NCBI GenBank assembly: GCA_963715335.1
Contig: CAVQRZ010000001.1
Location: forward strand, 128,001-192,000
Direction of reading: 5' to 3'
Origin: an uncultured delta proteobacterium
GTDB taxonomy: Bacteria; Desulfobacterota; Desulfuromonadia; Desulfuromonadales; BM103
Length of the DNA stretch: 64,000 nt
The notes below the pieces were generated by a model. That model worked only from the letters and a program-made list of their open reading frames with translations. It searched no databases and had not been told where the DNA came from. Position 1 is the first letter of the stretch. Each line of letters begins with the position of its first letter. Positions 52,721 through 64,000 of this stretch are shown here, piece by piece. The position numbers were made by a program, and so were the translations under genes.

Positions 52721-52843
52721 GCCTATGCACTTTTTTCAGGATTGGTCTTTCTGGTGGTTGTCGGTCTTGTTTTCATGCCTCTGGTCCATCGCCTGCTGCA
52801 CCGGTTTCATTTTGATATAGACGATATGAACGACCCGGATTGA
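52721..52843 (+). pseudogene. C-terminal fragment of a small conserved membrane protein
   Basis: AYALFSGLVFLVVVGLVFMPLVHRLLHRFHFD* resembles the C-terminus of a family recalled from memory; no N-terminus or start is evident. Confidence 0.45.
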
Positions 52844-52905
52844 TCAACGGGGAGGTTTTGCAAAACGCTCTTCTGCTTGAAATTTCTAAACAAGGAGTAT
52901 CCTAG

Positions 52906-53610
52906 ATGAACAAAAGTCTCTCGCATATCAACCCCGCCTGCCAGATCTGCGGTTGCGACAAGCACTGCGACCTCCATCGCGGCGTGTTCGTTCGGCCGCT
53001 GGTGGCCGACTTGATTCGCAAGGATTTTACTCACTGGTCAGAGGATGGCTGGATCTGTACTGAGGATCTGCAGAATTATCGTCACAAGTACATCCGGCAA
53101 CTGCTTGAGGAAGAGAAAGGTGAGATCAGCTCTCTGGAACAGGAAGTTATCGAGAGCCTGCGACAGCAGGAGATATTATCGATCAATCCGGACGCCGAGC
53201 ATGTCGCGGGGATGACTGTAGGGCAGCGCATGGCCGATCGACTCGCCAGTCTGGCCGGCAGTTGGACATTCATCCTCTCCTTCGCCGGAGTCCTGCTGTG
53301 CTGGATCCTGATCAACACGATCAGCCTGCTCCGTCAGCCATTCGACCCCTACCCGTATATCCTGCTGAACCTGGTGCTGTCGTGCCTCGCTGCCATGCAG
53401 GCCCCGATCATCATGATGAGCCAGAGCCGACAGGAAGCCAGAGACCGCCTGCATGCCCAGCGCGATTATCAGGTCAACTTAAAGGCCGAACTTGAGATTC
53501 GGCATTTGCACCAGAAAATCGACCACCTGCTCTCGCACCAGTGGGAAAGGCTGATTGAAATCCAGGACATTCAGATGGAGTTGATCAACGAGGTGAAGCA
53601 AAGAAAGTGA
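52906..53610 (+). CDS. DUF1003 domain membrane protein
   Basis: GSWTFI, FDPYPYILLNLVLSCLAA.QAPIIMMSQ and NLKAELEI motifs. Confidence 0.9.
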   Translation: MNKSLSHINPACQICGCDKHCDLHRGVFVRPLVADLIRKDFTHWSEDGWICTEDLQNYRHKYIRQLLEEEKGEISSLEQEVIESLRQQEILSINPDAEHVAGMTVGQRMADRLASLAGSWTFILSFAGVLLCWILINTISLLRQPFDPYPYILLNLVLSCLAAMQAPIIMMSQSRQEARDRLHAQRDYQVNLKAELEIRHLHQKIDHLLSHQWERLIEIQDIQMELINEVKQRK

Positions 53611-53701
53611 TCTTGGCCAGCGGCGAGCGCCTCATGGCCTCTTGGCCAGGAACGTTCTTCCCGGGCCCGGCTTAAACATCCTTTTCGAGGCGGAGGCAGC
53701 A

Positions 53702-53833
53702 ATGCTTAAAACCGAATGGCAAGGTGAGCACAACATTCTTATCATCACCCCGGAAGGAAGACTCGAGGCCGAAGCTTTTGTCCGGTTGGCGCAGGAAGTC
53801 GATCCATATCTCGAAGAACATGCTCACGCCGGT
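53702..53833 (+). pseudogene. N-terminal fragment of a SpoIIAA-like (STAS/SEC14) protein
   Basis: GGAGG RBS, then MLK..NILIITPEGRLEAEAF.RLAQEVDPYLEEH, after which similarity is lost and the frame runs into a terminator. Confidence 0.55.
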
Positions 53834-53865
53834 ACCCACTATCGTCCGACACGGGGTACCATAAT

Positions 53866-53895
53866 AAAAAAGGCCAGCTTAATAGCTGGCCTTTT
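53866..53895. terminator. Bidirectional terminator downstream of katG
   Basis: aaaaaaggccagct-taat-agctggcctttt. Confidence 0.8.
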
Positions 53896-53939
53896 CTTTT
53901 TAAGGGCTTCAAAAGCCTACAAAAACATTGCTACTACGA

Positions 53940-56147
<2,208 letters not shown>

Positions 56148-56246
56148 TTACAGACATTTACAGTTACTAGCGACGTTTGGATGTTTGGGGGTTGACAGGT
56201 TAAAGTCTTTCCACTTTTATCACAACTTATAGGCTTGTCAATATTA

Positions 56247-56265
56247 ATGGATAATTATTATCCAT
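56247..56265. promoter_or_regulatory. Per/Fur-box-like operator upstream of katG
   Basis: Perfect 9-1-9 palindrome ATGGATAAT-T-ATTATCCAT next to a minus-strand TTGACA at 56241-56236. Confidence 0.7.
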
Positions 56266-56292
56266 AAGTTCTCAAAAAAAATAACGCTGCTT

Positions 56293-56751
56293 TCAGTTCT
56301 TCTGGCAGGTCGGGCAAACGCCGAAAAACTCGACTTGATGTGAGACGATTTTATAGCCGGTGGTTTTCGCCACTTCAGAGGTCAAGCGCTCAAGTTGATT
56401 CACTTCGGGATCGATGATGCTTTGACATTGCGTGCAGATCAGGTGAGGGTGCGGATACGGCTTGTTGCCATCGTAGCGGTTGCAACCATCGGCAAAACTG
56501 ATCTCGAGAATTTCACCGATCTCTTTCAACAGGTTTACGGTCTTGTAGACCGTCGCCAGACTGGTGGTCGGGAAGTTGATCCTGACCTGCCCATAAACCC
56601 GTTCGACGCTCGGATGTTCATTACTGAAAAGAAATGCCTTGAGGATGGCGATCCGCTGCGGCGTGATACGAAACTCACTTTGACGGAGTTTGTCGAGGAT
56701 TTCATCCAGTCTTTCTTGTGGATTCTTCACGTTGTCACCATGTGCAATCAC
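56293..56751 (-). CDS. perR: Fur-family peroxide-sensing repressor PerR
   Basis: TPQR, HPS, SLATVY, RYD, HPHLICTQC, IID and CPTC motifs; adjacent to katG. Confidence 0.85.
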   Translation of the reverse strand: MIAHGDNVKNPQERLDEILDKLRQSEFRITPQRIAILKAFLFSNEHPSVERVYGQVRINFPTTSLATVYKTVNLLKEIGEILEISFADGCNRYDGNKPYPHPHLICTQCQSIIDPEVNQLERLTSEVAKTTGYKIVSHQVEFFGVCPTCQKN

Positions 56752-56949
56752 CGCATAAATCGAGAATCATTCTTTGTAAACAATCACAAATAAAACTCAG
56801 GAAGTCAAGTTTACAGATCCGATCGTTAAACACGACCCTGTTATGGAATCGAGTATCTTTGTCTTTTGGCTCGGCTTTTGAGAAGGACGCATACCCCATG
56901 AGCAGGACGTCGCAGGTCGCTCGTTCACCCCCGGAGGCGCTCCGACTCT

Positions 56950-58170
56950 CTAAGCACTTGATGACGCCCCCACGGACGCGGGCGCACTCGCAACGGCCAA
57001 CTTAAGTTCGGCAATGAATCTGTCGATCTCCTGCAGGCTATTATAATAGTGCAGCGAGGCCCGCAGCAGTGCCGGCAGATCACGGTTTTTCGCGCTGACC
57101 GGATTGGCAGAGAACGGCACCAGCGAGGTGTTGATGCCGCGTGACAGCAGCTGTTGCTGCAGCTTCTCGGCAGGAACCTGCCCGGCAAACATCGTGACGA
57201 TACCGGATTGTTCGAGTCCCTGGTCGGCAACGGTAACACCATCGACATCGGTCAACCTGCGGCGCAGTTCCGCGGCGAGCAAGCCGATGCGCTGATTGAT
57301 GGCTTCGAGCCCCCAATCGAGGGCATAATCTATCGCCACGCCCAGGGCGACCTGGCCGGCACAGCTACGCTCCCAGCATTCAAAGCGCTTCGCATCTGCA
57401 CGCAACCGGTATGCGTCGATACTTATCAATTCTGCAGCATGGTGATTAAGCTGACTCGGTTCAAGTTGCTCGAGCAACGACCTGCGTACATAGAGCAGCC
57501 CCGTTCCGCGCGGACCACGCAGAAATTTGCGCCCGGTGCCACAAAGCATATCGCAACCGATTTGTTCAACATCAATGGGCATCTGACCGAGTGACTGGCA
57601 GGCATCGAGCAGGTAGGGGACCTCCGCAGCGTTCGCTACCTGACCGACCGCGGCGGCCGGATTGACCAGACCGTCCCCGGAAGGGATGTGGGTCAGACAA
57701 ATCAGGCGTACCCGGGAATCGATCAGCTGTTCCAAAGTCGCGACATCGATCTGTCCATGCTCGTCATCCGGCACCCAGGTAATCTCAACGCCTCGCTGAT
57801 GGGCCAGATGCAGGAAGGCGACCAGGTTACTGCCGTACTCGCTGCAGCCGGCGAGGATGCGGTCTCCAGGTTGCAGGTCCAGCGCATAAAAGGCAGCGCT
57901 CCAGGCCCGGGTGGCGCTGTCGCTGAATGCGATTTCAGAAGAGGCGCAATTGAGCAGCCTGGCCGCGGCAGAATAGAAGTTCGCCAATTCGTCAGCACGC
58001 CTTGCCATGGTCTCGTAGCCACCGTTCAGTTCCTCTTCATGCAGGTAGCCGTAGAGAGCATCGGCGACCGGGATCGGCGGCAGGGAGGCTCCGGCATTAT
58101 TGAAATGGATCACCGTTTCACAGCCCCGCGTGTCGCGGCGGGCCTTATCGGCATCAAAAGCCGGTGGCAT
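56950..58170 (-). CDS. Class V PLP-dependent enzyme, EgtE-like C-S (sulfoxide) lyase
   Basis: HFNNAGAS, GGYE, DACQSLGQ and GTGRKFLRGPRG; no desulfurase catalytic-Cys loop is evident; TGATG overlap with ovoA. Confidence 0.75.
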   Translation of the reverse strand: MPPAFDADKARRDTRGCETVIHFNNAGASLPPIPVADALYGYLHEEELNGGYETMARRADELANFYSAAARLLNCASSEIAFSDSATRAWSAAFYALDLQPGDRILAGCSEYGSNLVAFLHLAHQRGVEITWVPDDEHGQIDVATLEQLIDSRVRLICLTHIPSGDGLVNPAAAVGQVANAAEVPYLLDACQSLGQMPIDVEQIGCDMLCGTGRKFLRGPRGTGLLYVRRSLLEQLEPSQLNHHAAELISIDAYRLRADAKRFECWERSCAGQVALGVAIDYALDWGLEAINQRIGLLAAELRRRLTDVDGVTVADQGLEQSGIVTMFAGQVPAEKLQQQLLSRGINTSLVPFSANPVSAKNRDLPALLRASLHYYNSLQEIDRFIAELKLAVASAPASVGASSSA

Positions 58171-60278
58171 CAGGAGAGCTTCTCCCAGACCGTCAGTTGC
58201 GAGAGGGTATGCTGGAACTTGCGCGCCGTTTCACGCAGCACGAAAGGCACATCGCGCGGCTCGCCGAGCCTTCTGAAATGTCCGCCAAGCTGCTCCTCGA
58301 GGCCCTCGAGCGTCGTCAAAGGTTCCCCGGCGCGACGGACTCCGCCGACCCAGTTCTGTATGTCCGTATACTCCTCCAACCAGGTGTAAGGTGAGGCAAT
58401 CACCAGCAGGCCACAGGGATTGATGCGCTCGTGGATACCGCAGAGAAACCGTTTCGGATCGTAGAGTCGGTCGAGCAGGTTTGCCGCCAGGACCAGGTCA
58501 TAACCAGTGAACTGAGGCTTGAGGTTGTGCGCATCCCCCTGGACGAACTCAATTTTTTTAGCCAGCCCGTCGAGCCCGAATTCACTCAGCCGCTTTTCGT
58601 GGAAGGAGACGATTTCACCCTCCTCGGTGAGCTGGTAGTGAATCAGGCCCTTCTCCTGCAGTTGGTGCGCGATCCGGATAAAGCGGGCAGAAAAATCAAT
58701 CCCTGTGACAAAGTGGAAAGATCTTGACAGCTCGAAACTGCTGCGACCAACAGCACAACCAATATCCAGGGCCCGATTCATCGGTCGTTTACCCATTTCC
58801 GCCACACAGATTTCAGCGAGCTGCCTGGGGAAATTGGCTATGTCGAATTTGTCTGGCCCGAAATGAGCATCACAGTACTGGGCAACCGCGTCGTCGGTTT
58901 CGTACATCGCTTTCGGTTCCACGACAGCCTGTTCTGCAGAAACGTAGCGGAACCCGGCGTGCTGAAAGAAATGCCTGCGGAATGCATAACGTGAATCACG
59001 CGTAGCCTCGTTGCCGGTCGAGATCCATGATCCGCCCTTGATCAGGTTGTGCTGGGTGTCGAAAGTCGGGGTAGAAAAATCATCGTAGTAAGGATGCACT
59101 TCAAAGCCGTCGAAGCCGGTAATCGGGGTTTCGGTCCACTGCCAGACATTGCCGATCAGGTCGTAAAAGTCACCGAAAGCAAAGCGGTTGACCGGGCATG
59201 AAGAGGCCCAATGTTCAAGATTGATGTTGCCAGGAGCCCTGGCCCAGTAGGGCTGGTCGGGGATCTCGTGGCGATCGCGCAGCAGGTACCATTCATCCTC
59301 TGTGGGCAGGCGAATCGGCAGGCCGGTCCTTGTTGCCTGCCAATTACAATAAGCTTTGGCTTCCAGATAATTGACCTCGACCGGCCAGTCCCACGGCATG
59401 ACAATTTCCCGGGCCATGGTGCGAAAACGATAGCCGGCATTGTCCTTGATCCAGAAAAGCGGCTGGCTGGCTTTGCTGAATTGCAGCCAATGCCGGCCCT
59501 CTTCCGTCCAGCATGTTTCATCCTGGTAACCGCCAGCCTCGACAAACTCCAGATATTCACGATTCGAAACCAGGTATTTACTGGCAGAGAAGTCTTCAAC
59601 CGTGAACCTGTGCTGGCCAAATTCATTATCCCAACCGTAAAGCGGATGATCTTTGTTTTTGCCAATCCGGACTTCACCGCCAGGGACACCCAGAAGCTGA
59701 TTTTGCGGCGCGTCACCCGTATCAGTGCAGATCTCCCAGAGGGGTAATTGTCGGACCTTCTCGATCGGCAGCCGGCGAATAATTACGGAAGAGGTTTCCA
59801 GGTGAATGCGCTGATGCTCGATCCCCATCATGATCACCCAGAACGGGTTACTCCAGTCGATCGGCAAGGTCAGCGGCAGCGTTTCAATGACGTCGTTGAC
59901 CCGCTGCCGGACCTGGTCGCGATAGGCTTTGACTTCAGCGACGGTCGGCCAGTCGTAATTCTCGGCGTTGAGGTCATCCCAGGACATCTCGTCGACACCG
60001 ATAGCGAACATCGACTCAAAGTGCGGATTGATCCGATCCTCGATAAGCTTGGCGACGATCAGCTTGTTGATATAGAAAACTGCCGTATGGCCAAGGTAAA
60101 AGATCAGCGGATGACGCAACGGTTCTGCGCGCTGGCAAAATGCGGCATCATCGGCAAGCGTCTCGTAGAGCTGCTCATCGATACTGTAGGTCTTGTGAAA
60201 GTAATCGAGGATTTCGGCGCGCTTTTCGTCCGGCGTGCCGAGGTTCAGGATGGTTGTACGGGTATTGCGAAGCACCAC
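58170..60278 (-). CDS. ovoA: 5-histidylcysteine sulfoxide synthase with C-terminal methyltransferase (ovothiol synthase)
   Basis: RHPLIFYLGH, GVDEMSWDD, Fe motif HQRIHLE, FGE-sulfatase domain (GWDNE, GNVWQW, HPYYDDFS, FRRHFFQHAGFR) and MTase (ALDIGCAVGR). GTG start at 60278/60275 after GGAG; the ORF track start of 60311 is less likely. Confidence 0.93.
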   Translation of the reverse strand: MVLRNTRTTILNLGTPDEKRAEILDYFHKTYSIDEQLYETLADDAAFCQRAEPLRHPLIFYLGHTAVFYINKLIVAKLIEDRINPHFESMFAIGVDEMSWDDLNAENYDWPTVAEVKAYRDQVRQRVNDVIETLPLTLPIDWSNPFWVIMMGIEHQRIHLETSSVIIRRLPIEKVRQLPLWEICTDTGDAPQNQLLGVPGGEVRIGKNKDHPLYGWDNEFGQHRFTVEDFSASKYLVSNREYLEFVEAGGYQDETCWTEEGRHWLQFSKASQPLFWIKDNAGYRFRTMAREIVMPWDWPVEVNYLEAKAYCNWQATRTGLPIRLPTEDEWYLLRDRHEIPDQPYWARAPGNINLEHWASSCPVNRFAFGDFYDLIGNVWQWTETPITGFDGFEVHPYYDDFSTPTFDTQHNLIKGGSWISTGNEATRDSRYAFRRHFFQHAGFRYVSAEQAVVEPKAMYETDDAVAQYCDAHFGPDKFDIANFPRQLAEICVAEMGKRPMNRALDIGCAVGRSSFELSRSFHFVTGIDFSARFIRIAHQLQEKGLIHYQLTEEGEIVSFHEKRLSEFGLDGLAKKIEFVQGDAHNLKPQFTGYDLVLAANLLDRLYDPKRFLCGIHERINPCGLLVIASPYTWLEEYTDIQNWVGGVRRAGEPLTTLEGLEEQLGGHFRRLGEPRDVPFVLRETARKFQHTLSQLTVWEKLS

Positions 60279-60309
60279 AGAATCTCCATTGATTAGCAGT
60301 TGATTGATC

Positions 60310-60318
60310 ATTATAACA
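60310..60318 (-). promoter_or_regulatory. Extended -10 promoter element for ovoA
   Basis: Minus strand reads TGtTATAAT about 30 nt upstream of the GTG start. Confidence 0.5.
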
Positions 60319-60418
60319 AGCTCGGTGGAAAATCAAAGATAAGGGGCCTGAACAAATATTAAAGGACCAGACTGCCGAGGAGAATGGAATCTCTGCCGAT
60401 GGTTGCGGCAGACCCATT

Positions 60419-60454
60419 AAAAAGGCCTGCGGCGTTTTCGCTGCAGGCCTTTTT
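60419..60454. terminator. Terminator between the lipoprotein gene and ovoA
   Basis: aaaaaggcctgc..gcaggccttttt. Confidence 0.75.
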
Positions 60455-60579
60455 GAACCTGATTCATTCGGTTGTAAAGTCCGGGGAGGATCAATCATAC
60501 GGGACATCTCTTCGAGGAGCATCCCTCCCCTCAGCGGCGCCAGCCCGCGCACCGGAGGGAGAATCTCACCCCGCAGAGC

Positions 60580-61191
60580 TCAGAACAGACCACTTTCCTG
60601 CAGGGCCTTGCCGAGCGTCTCGAGGTAGGACGCGATGGCTTTGGGTGGCGTATTTTCACGCGTTTCGGTGATCGCCGACCAGAGGACCTTGTCCGTGGCG
60701 ATGTCGTATATGACTGTTTCAACCGTCGAGATATAGTTTTCTGTGACATAGCCTGGGGCGTTGAACGCATTGTAGCCGGCTCCGTAATAATTGTACCAGC
60801 CTCCCCGGTAACGATTGCCGTAGAAACCATCGTAGTACGATGGGCCGCCATGGTAGACCGCTTCCACCTTGCGATCGACCAGACGGGCAATCAGGACACC
60901 ATCAATGCCGTATTCCTTACTCATTTTGGCGGCCTTGTCCTTGTCAATCTGGTCAATGTTCGGAAATGAATCAAGGGTCGGTATCGCCCGAAGCTCCTCT
61001 CCGTTCAGGATATTAACAATGCCGTACTCGACTGAATCCCGATAGGCAGGCTCCTTGAGTACCGCCAGGACAAAAACCTTGGCGAGCTTTTCTGTCCGGG
61101 TTTCATCTTTCCAGACACTCTCGACGTCGGTCGTGGCGCAAGCAGAAAGCGCCAGGACCAGACAGCAAAGCAACCACCATAACCTGTTCAT
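60580..61191 (-). CDS. Hypothetical lipoprotein (DUF4136-like)
   Basis: Lipobox LSAC, Tyr/Gly-rich loop and ETVIYD..KVLWS; AAGGAG RBS. Confidence 0.7.
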   Translation of the reverse strand: MNRLWWLLCCLVLALSACATTDVESVWKDETRTEKLAKVFVLAVLKEPAYRDSVEYGIVNILNGEELRAIPTLDSFPNIDQIDKDKAAKMSKEYGIDGVLIARLVDRKVEAVYHGGPSYYDGFYGNRYRGGWYNYYGAGYNAFNAPGYVTENYISTVETVIYDIATDKVLWSAITETRENTPPKAIASYLETLGKALQESGLF

Positions 61192-61396
61192 CCATCAAAC
61201 TCCTTAAGAGAATCCAGCACAGTCGACTGGGCAGGCCCTGTTCTCAACCGCAGGCTCAGCCTTGCTGAGCTGTTTTAAATTTACCCGAACAGACTGCATA
61301 CACGGCTATCGAAACAAGCGAGCAAGCAAAACGGCAGCCTGTCACAGCCAGGCTACCGTTGTTTAATTTCATAATTCGGTCGCATGAGGCAGAAGG

Positions 61397-61801
61397 TTAA
61401 CGGCAGCGCATCTTTCTTTTACCATCTTCAAAAAGAACTTCGACCTTCTGTGGGCCGAGATTGCCCTGTACGAGCCCGAGGCCGAACATGGGATGCTTCA
61501 TTACGGAGCCCACTTTGAAGGCGGTTTCCATAGTGTAGGTGGTGGCGTCCTTGGCTTCTATGTCAGCCTGCAGTTTCAACCACTCTTTTTGCTCGGCGAT
61601 TGCCGGATCTACGGCGCGGCGCGGTGCCGGTTTTTTTCGAACCGTAGGCGGACGATATTTGTGTTGGCCACTGCAGGTGTTGCACTGAACCTTGGCTGGT
61701 ACGCCCTCGGCCACGGCGACGATAATGTGATTGGTGATTTTACGGCATTTTGTGCAACGCGACTCGATCGGGTCGCCGGCGGCAAGCATAGTGCTTTGCA
61801 T
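61397..61801 (-). CDS. Conserved hypothetical Zn-ribbon protein
   Basis: CTKC..H and CNTC..H motifs; C-terminal HP.FG.G.V..VLF.DG. Confidence 0.75.
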   Translation of the reverse strand: MQSTMLAAGDPIESRCTKCRKITNHIIVAVAEGVPAKVQCNTCSGQHKYRPPTVRKKPAPRRAVDPAIAEQKEWLKLQADIEAKDATTYTMETAFKVGSVMKHPMFGLGLVQGNLGPQKVEVLFEDGKRKMRCR

Positions 61802-61842
61802 GACTTGACTCCCTGTTGTTTGGCCTGGGACGAGATGGCCGG

Positions 61843-62013
61843 TTAATCTGGCTGGGTTAAAACGTTGTCCGAAGATTCTGCGGGAGAGGCTTCTTCCCCC
61901 TCGACAGCAGTTTCTTCTTCGCCAGATTTGCGCTTTCTCTTCTCTTCCTTCTTGGCTTTTTTTGCTATTTCCTTCTGGCGTTTTTCATAACCATAATTTG
62001 GCTTACGACCCAT
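61843..62013 (-). CDS. Small basic/acidic hypothetical protein (56 aa)
   Basis: MGRKPNYGYEKRQKEIAKKAKKEEK; AGGGG RBS. Confidence 0.65.
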   Translation of the reverse strand: MGRKPNYGYEKRQKEIAKKAKKEEKRKRKSGEEETAVEGEEASPAESSDNVLTQPD

Positions 62014-62072
62014 GAAGTTCCCCTTTGGTTTTACACCTGACCCAGAATTCAACTCAAGCCAGGCAGTCCCAC

Positions 62073-62106
62073 AAAAAAAGCCCTACGGAATATCCGTAGG
62101 GCTATT
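62073..62106 (-). terminator. Terminator after the cold-shock gene
   Basis: agccctacgga..tccgtagggct with an A run on the + strand. Confidence 0.8.
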
Positions 62107-62132
62107 CTGTCTATCTTCGTGCAAAAGAGGAG

Positions 62133-62333
62133 TTAGATCCTCTGCACATTCGAAGACTGCGGGCCTTTGGCGCCATCGGAGACGTCAAAGCTTACCCGGT
62201 CGCCCTCGGCAAGAGACTTGAAGCCGTCGCCCTGAATTTGCGAAAAGTGGACAAAAACGTCCGGACCATTGTCCTGCTCGATAAAACCAAACCCTTTTGC
62301 GTCATTGAACCACTTTACTGTACCTTGTGCCAT
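62133..62333 (-). CDS. cspA: Cold-shock protein
   Basis: GTVKWFN, KGFGFI and DVFVHF motifs. Confidence 0.93.
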   Translation of the reverse strand: MAQGTVKWFNDAKGFGFIEQDNGPDVFVHFSQIQGDGFKSLAEGDRVSFDVSDGAKGPQSSNVQRI

Positions 62334-62613
62334 TTTTCCTACTCCTCGTGTTTTTTCAACACTCTGCTTGGTGTGCAAATCCTGCCTGCTGCATAAAACA
62401 AAAAAGCCACATAGCCCAAAGCGGTCTGTGTGGTTTTTCCTGACTGATTAACTTTTTAATCGTGCCCGGCAAACTGCTGCACAAACGTTTAACTTAAGAG
62501 CGAAGCTAGCACGTCTTACCAGTACAATGCAAGGGAATTCTCATTTCCCGTATAAACCGCAGTCTTTTATCTCCGCAATGGGGATAAAAAAAGCAGCCAC
62601 TGGCTTGCAGATT

Positions 62614-63480
62614 CTACTCTACCGGCTTACCCATATCGCAGAGCAGTTCCTGGCGCAAATGATGGGTAACCGGCCCGACCAGCCCCTGGTTAATCGTAAA
62701 AGCATCGACCTTGACGACCGGCATCACCTCAAGCGAGGTGGAGGTGATAAAGACCTCGTCGGCGAATTTCAGGTCCTGCAATTTGAACTCCCCGGTGATG
62801 ACCCGCAGGTTCAGTTTCTCCTCGCACAGCCGCATGATCGTTGAGCGGGTCACGCCTTCCAGCAGGCCGGTGGACGCATCCGGGGTAAAAATCCACTTGT
62901 CCTTGACCCAGAAGATGTTTGAAGAAGCCCCTTCACAGATGTGCTCCTTGTTATTCAGCATAATCACCTCGAAAGCGCCTGCCGCACGGGCTTCAAGCTT
63001 GCCCAACAGACTGTTGAGGTTGCTGATCGATTTGATCTTCGGATTGATGGCTTCCGGGGCATTGCGGCGCGTCTGCGCCACCCGCAACTGGATCCCGTGC
63101 TGATACAGCGCGCTGTCAAAGCCTTGGAACTCGCGGCCGATCACCAGACAGGTCAGATCATTCTCCAGCTCGCGCTGAAACCCGATCTGCCCCTTACCGC
63201 GGGTTATGGTTATCCGGTAATAAGCATTATTGAGGGAGTTTCTTGTACGCAGCTCCGTCAGGACCGTTTCCAACTCCTGCCGGGTAAAGATCACCGGGTA
63301 GCAGAGAGCTTCTGCCGATTGCAGGAGCCGCTGGTAATGTTGGGGAACCTGGTAGAGGTGATCACCGATCGAACGGAAACTTTCGAAGATGCCGTCGCCA
63401 TAGAGGAATCCCTGGTCAAACACGGACACCATCGCTTCATCGGCCTTGATAAACTCACCATTCAAATAAACATAACTCAT
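62614..63480 (-). CDS. Class IV PLP aminotransferase (IlvE/PabC family)
   Basis: DQGFLYGDGIFE, KS, EG..SNIF, LEGVTR and ADEVFIT motifs. Confidence 0.88.
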   Translation of the reverse strand: MSYVYLNGEFIKADEAMVSVFDQGFLYGDGIFESFRSIGDHLYQVPQHYQRLLQSAEALCYPVIFTRQELETVLTELRTRNSLNNAYYRITITRGKGQIGFQRELENDLTCLVIGREFQGFDSALYQHGIQLRVAQTRRNAPEAINPKIKSISNLNSLLGKLEARAAGAFEVIMLNNKEHICEGASSNIFWVKDKWIFTPDASTGLLEGVTRSTIMRLCEEKLNLRVITGEFKLQDLKFADEVFITSTSLEVMPVVKVDAFTINQGLVGPVTHHLRQELLCDMGKPVE

Positions 63481-63643
63481 TCGCCTGCTTCCTTTCGGAA
63501 CACTAACATCCTGGTAAAGACTATGCCATTGCCTGGGACAAGGTCAACCTGCCGAGATCATATTCGACAGGATGCAAACCGACTGGATTCAGGTTAGAAT
63601 GTAACCCTGACACCAGCAAAAAGCCAACCCGGAGTTCCCCAGC

Positions 63644-64000
63644 ATGAAAAAAGCCTCAACCGACCAGCTCCGATTGCCAGAACGTAGCAGGGCAAAAGAC
63701 CTCTATGAGAAACAGCTGCCTGCGCACCAGACCGCGTTGCAGCAGCTTGCCCAAAAGCTCCGCCTGCTTCTCGAACAGCAGGGACTGACGCCAGCGATCA
63801 AGTTTCGGGTCAAGAGTTTCGAGGCGTACTTCGACAAGCTGCGCAAGCACAACTCCGTCAAGAGCAGCCATCGCATCGTGACTATCAACGACTTTTTCGG
63901 GCTGCGCATCGTCTGTCCTTTCCTTGAAGACGTCGAAACCGTCTCCGCCCTGATTGCAAGCCACTTCGAACTGCTTGAGACCGAAAGCAAGGCCAGCCAG
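63644..64000 (+). CDS. RelA/SpoT synthetase-domain protein, partial (runs off the window)
   Basis: Open frame from ATG 63644 with RVKSF...KL and ND.FGLRIVCPFLEDV; GGAG RBS. Confidence 0.7.
   Translation, partial: MKKASTDQLRLPERSRAKDLYEKQLPAHQTALQQLAQKLRLLLEQQGLTPAIKFRVKSFEAYFDKLRKHNSVKSSHRIVTINDFFGLRIVCPFLEDVETVSALIASHFELLETESKASQ

Noticed and set aside
58170..60278. Selenoxide synthase (ovoselenol-type) or EgtB instead of OvoA
   Set aside because: It has the fused methyltransferase and the Tyr-containing HPYYDDF segment, and there is no selenophosphate synthetase or other Se gene nearby.
60460..60580. GC-rich hairpins upstream of ovoA as an ncRNA or riboswitch
   Set aside because: No recognisable family motif was found, and it lies upstream of a terminator and separate from the ovoA promoter.

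Overview
This 64 kb window is bacterial chromosome, most likely from a Desulfuromonadales/Geobacterales-type deltaproteobacterium (an inference from gene content and order: hisZ-purA, hemW-hrcA-grpE-dnaK-dnaJ, ffs-dnaX-ybaB-recR-nifJ-mglB-mglA). Bases 1-41.7 kb are mostly core genes plus a 12-gene expanded Mrp Na+/H+ antiporter operon and several families of intergenic palindromic repeats. From tRNA-Asn (41.6 kb) onward the region is accessory. It holds an integrase-less islet bounded by a duplicated tRNA 3' half, an NhaP-type antiporter, an EgtC-like amidohydrolase, an RND efflux operon and three gene fragments. It then continues into a co-oriented oxidative-stress cluster, ovoA - EgtE-like PLP lyase - perR - katG. 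The main points of interest are five. (1) An ovothiol synthase is translationally coupled to an EgtE-type rather than an OvoB-type lyase, next to PerR/KatG in a presumed anaerobe. (2) dnaX carries a complete E. coli-like -1 frameshift cassette. (3) The SerA homologue has lost the conserved substrate-binding Arg. (4) A highly structured ~160 nt element duplicates the tRNA-Ser 3' end. (5) An ~810 bp repeat composite is bounded by 29 bp inverted hairpins. About seven single-base indels (in grpE, dnaK, mrp and the RND gene, and probably behind the 1306 aa 'fusion') look like assembly errors. All product calls come from recognising motifs by eye; no database searches were run.
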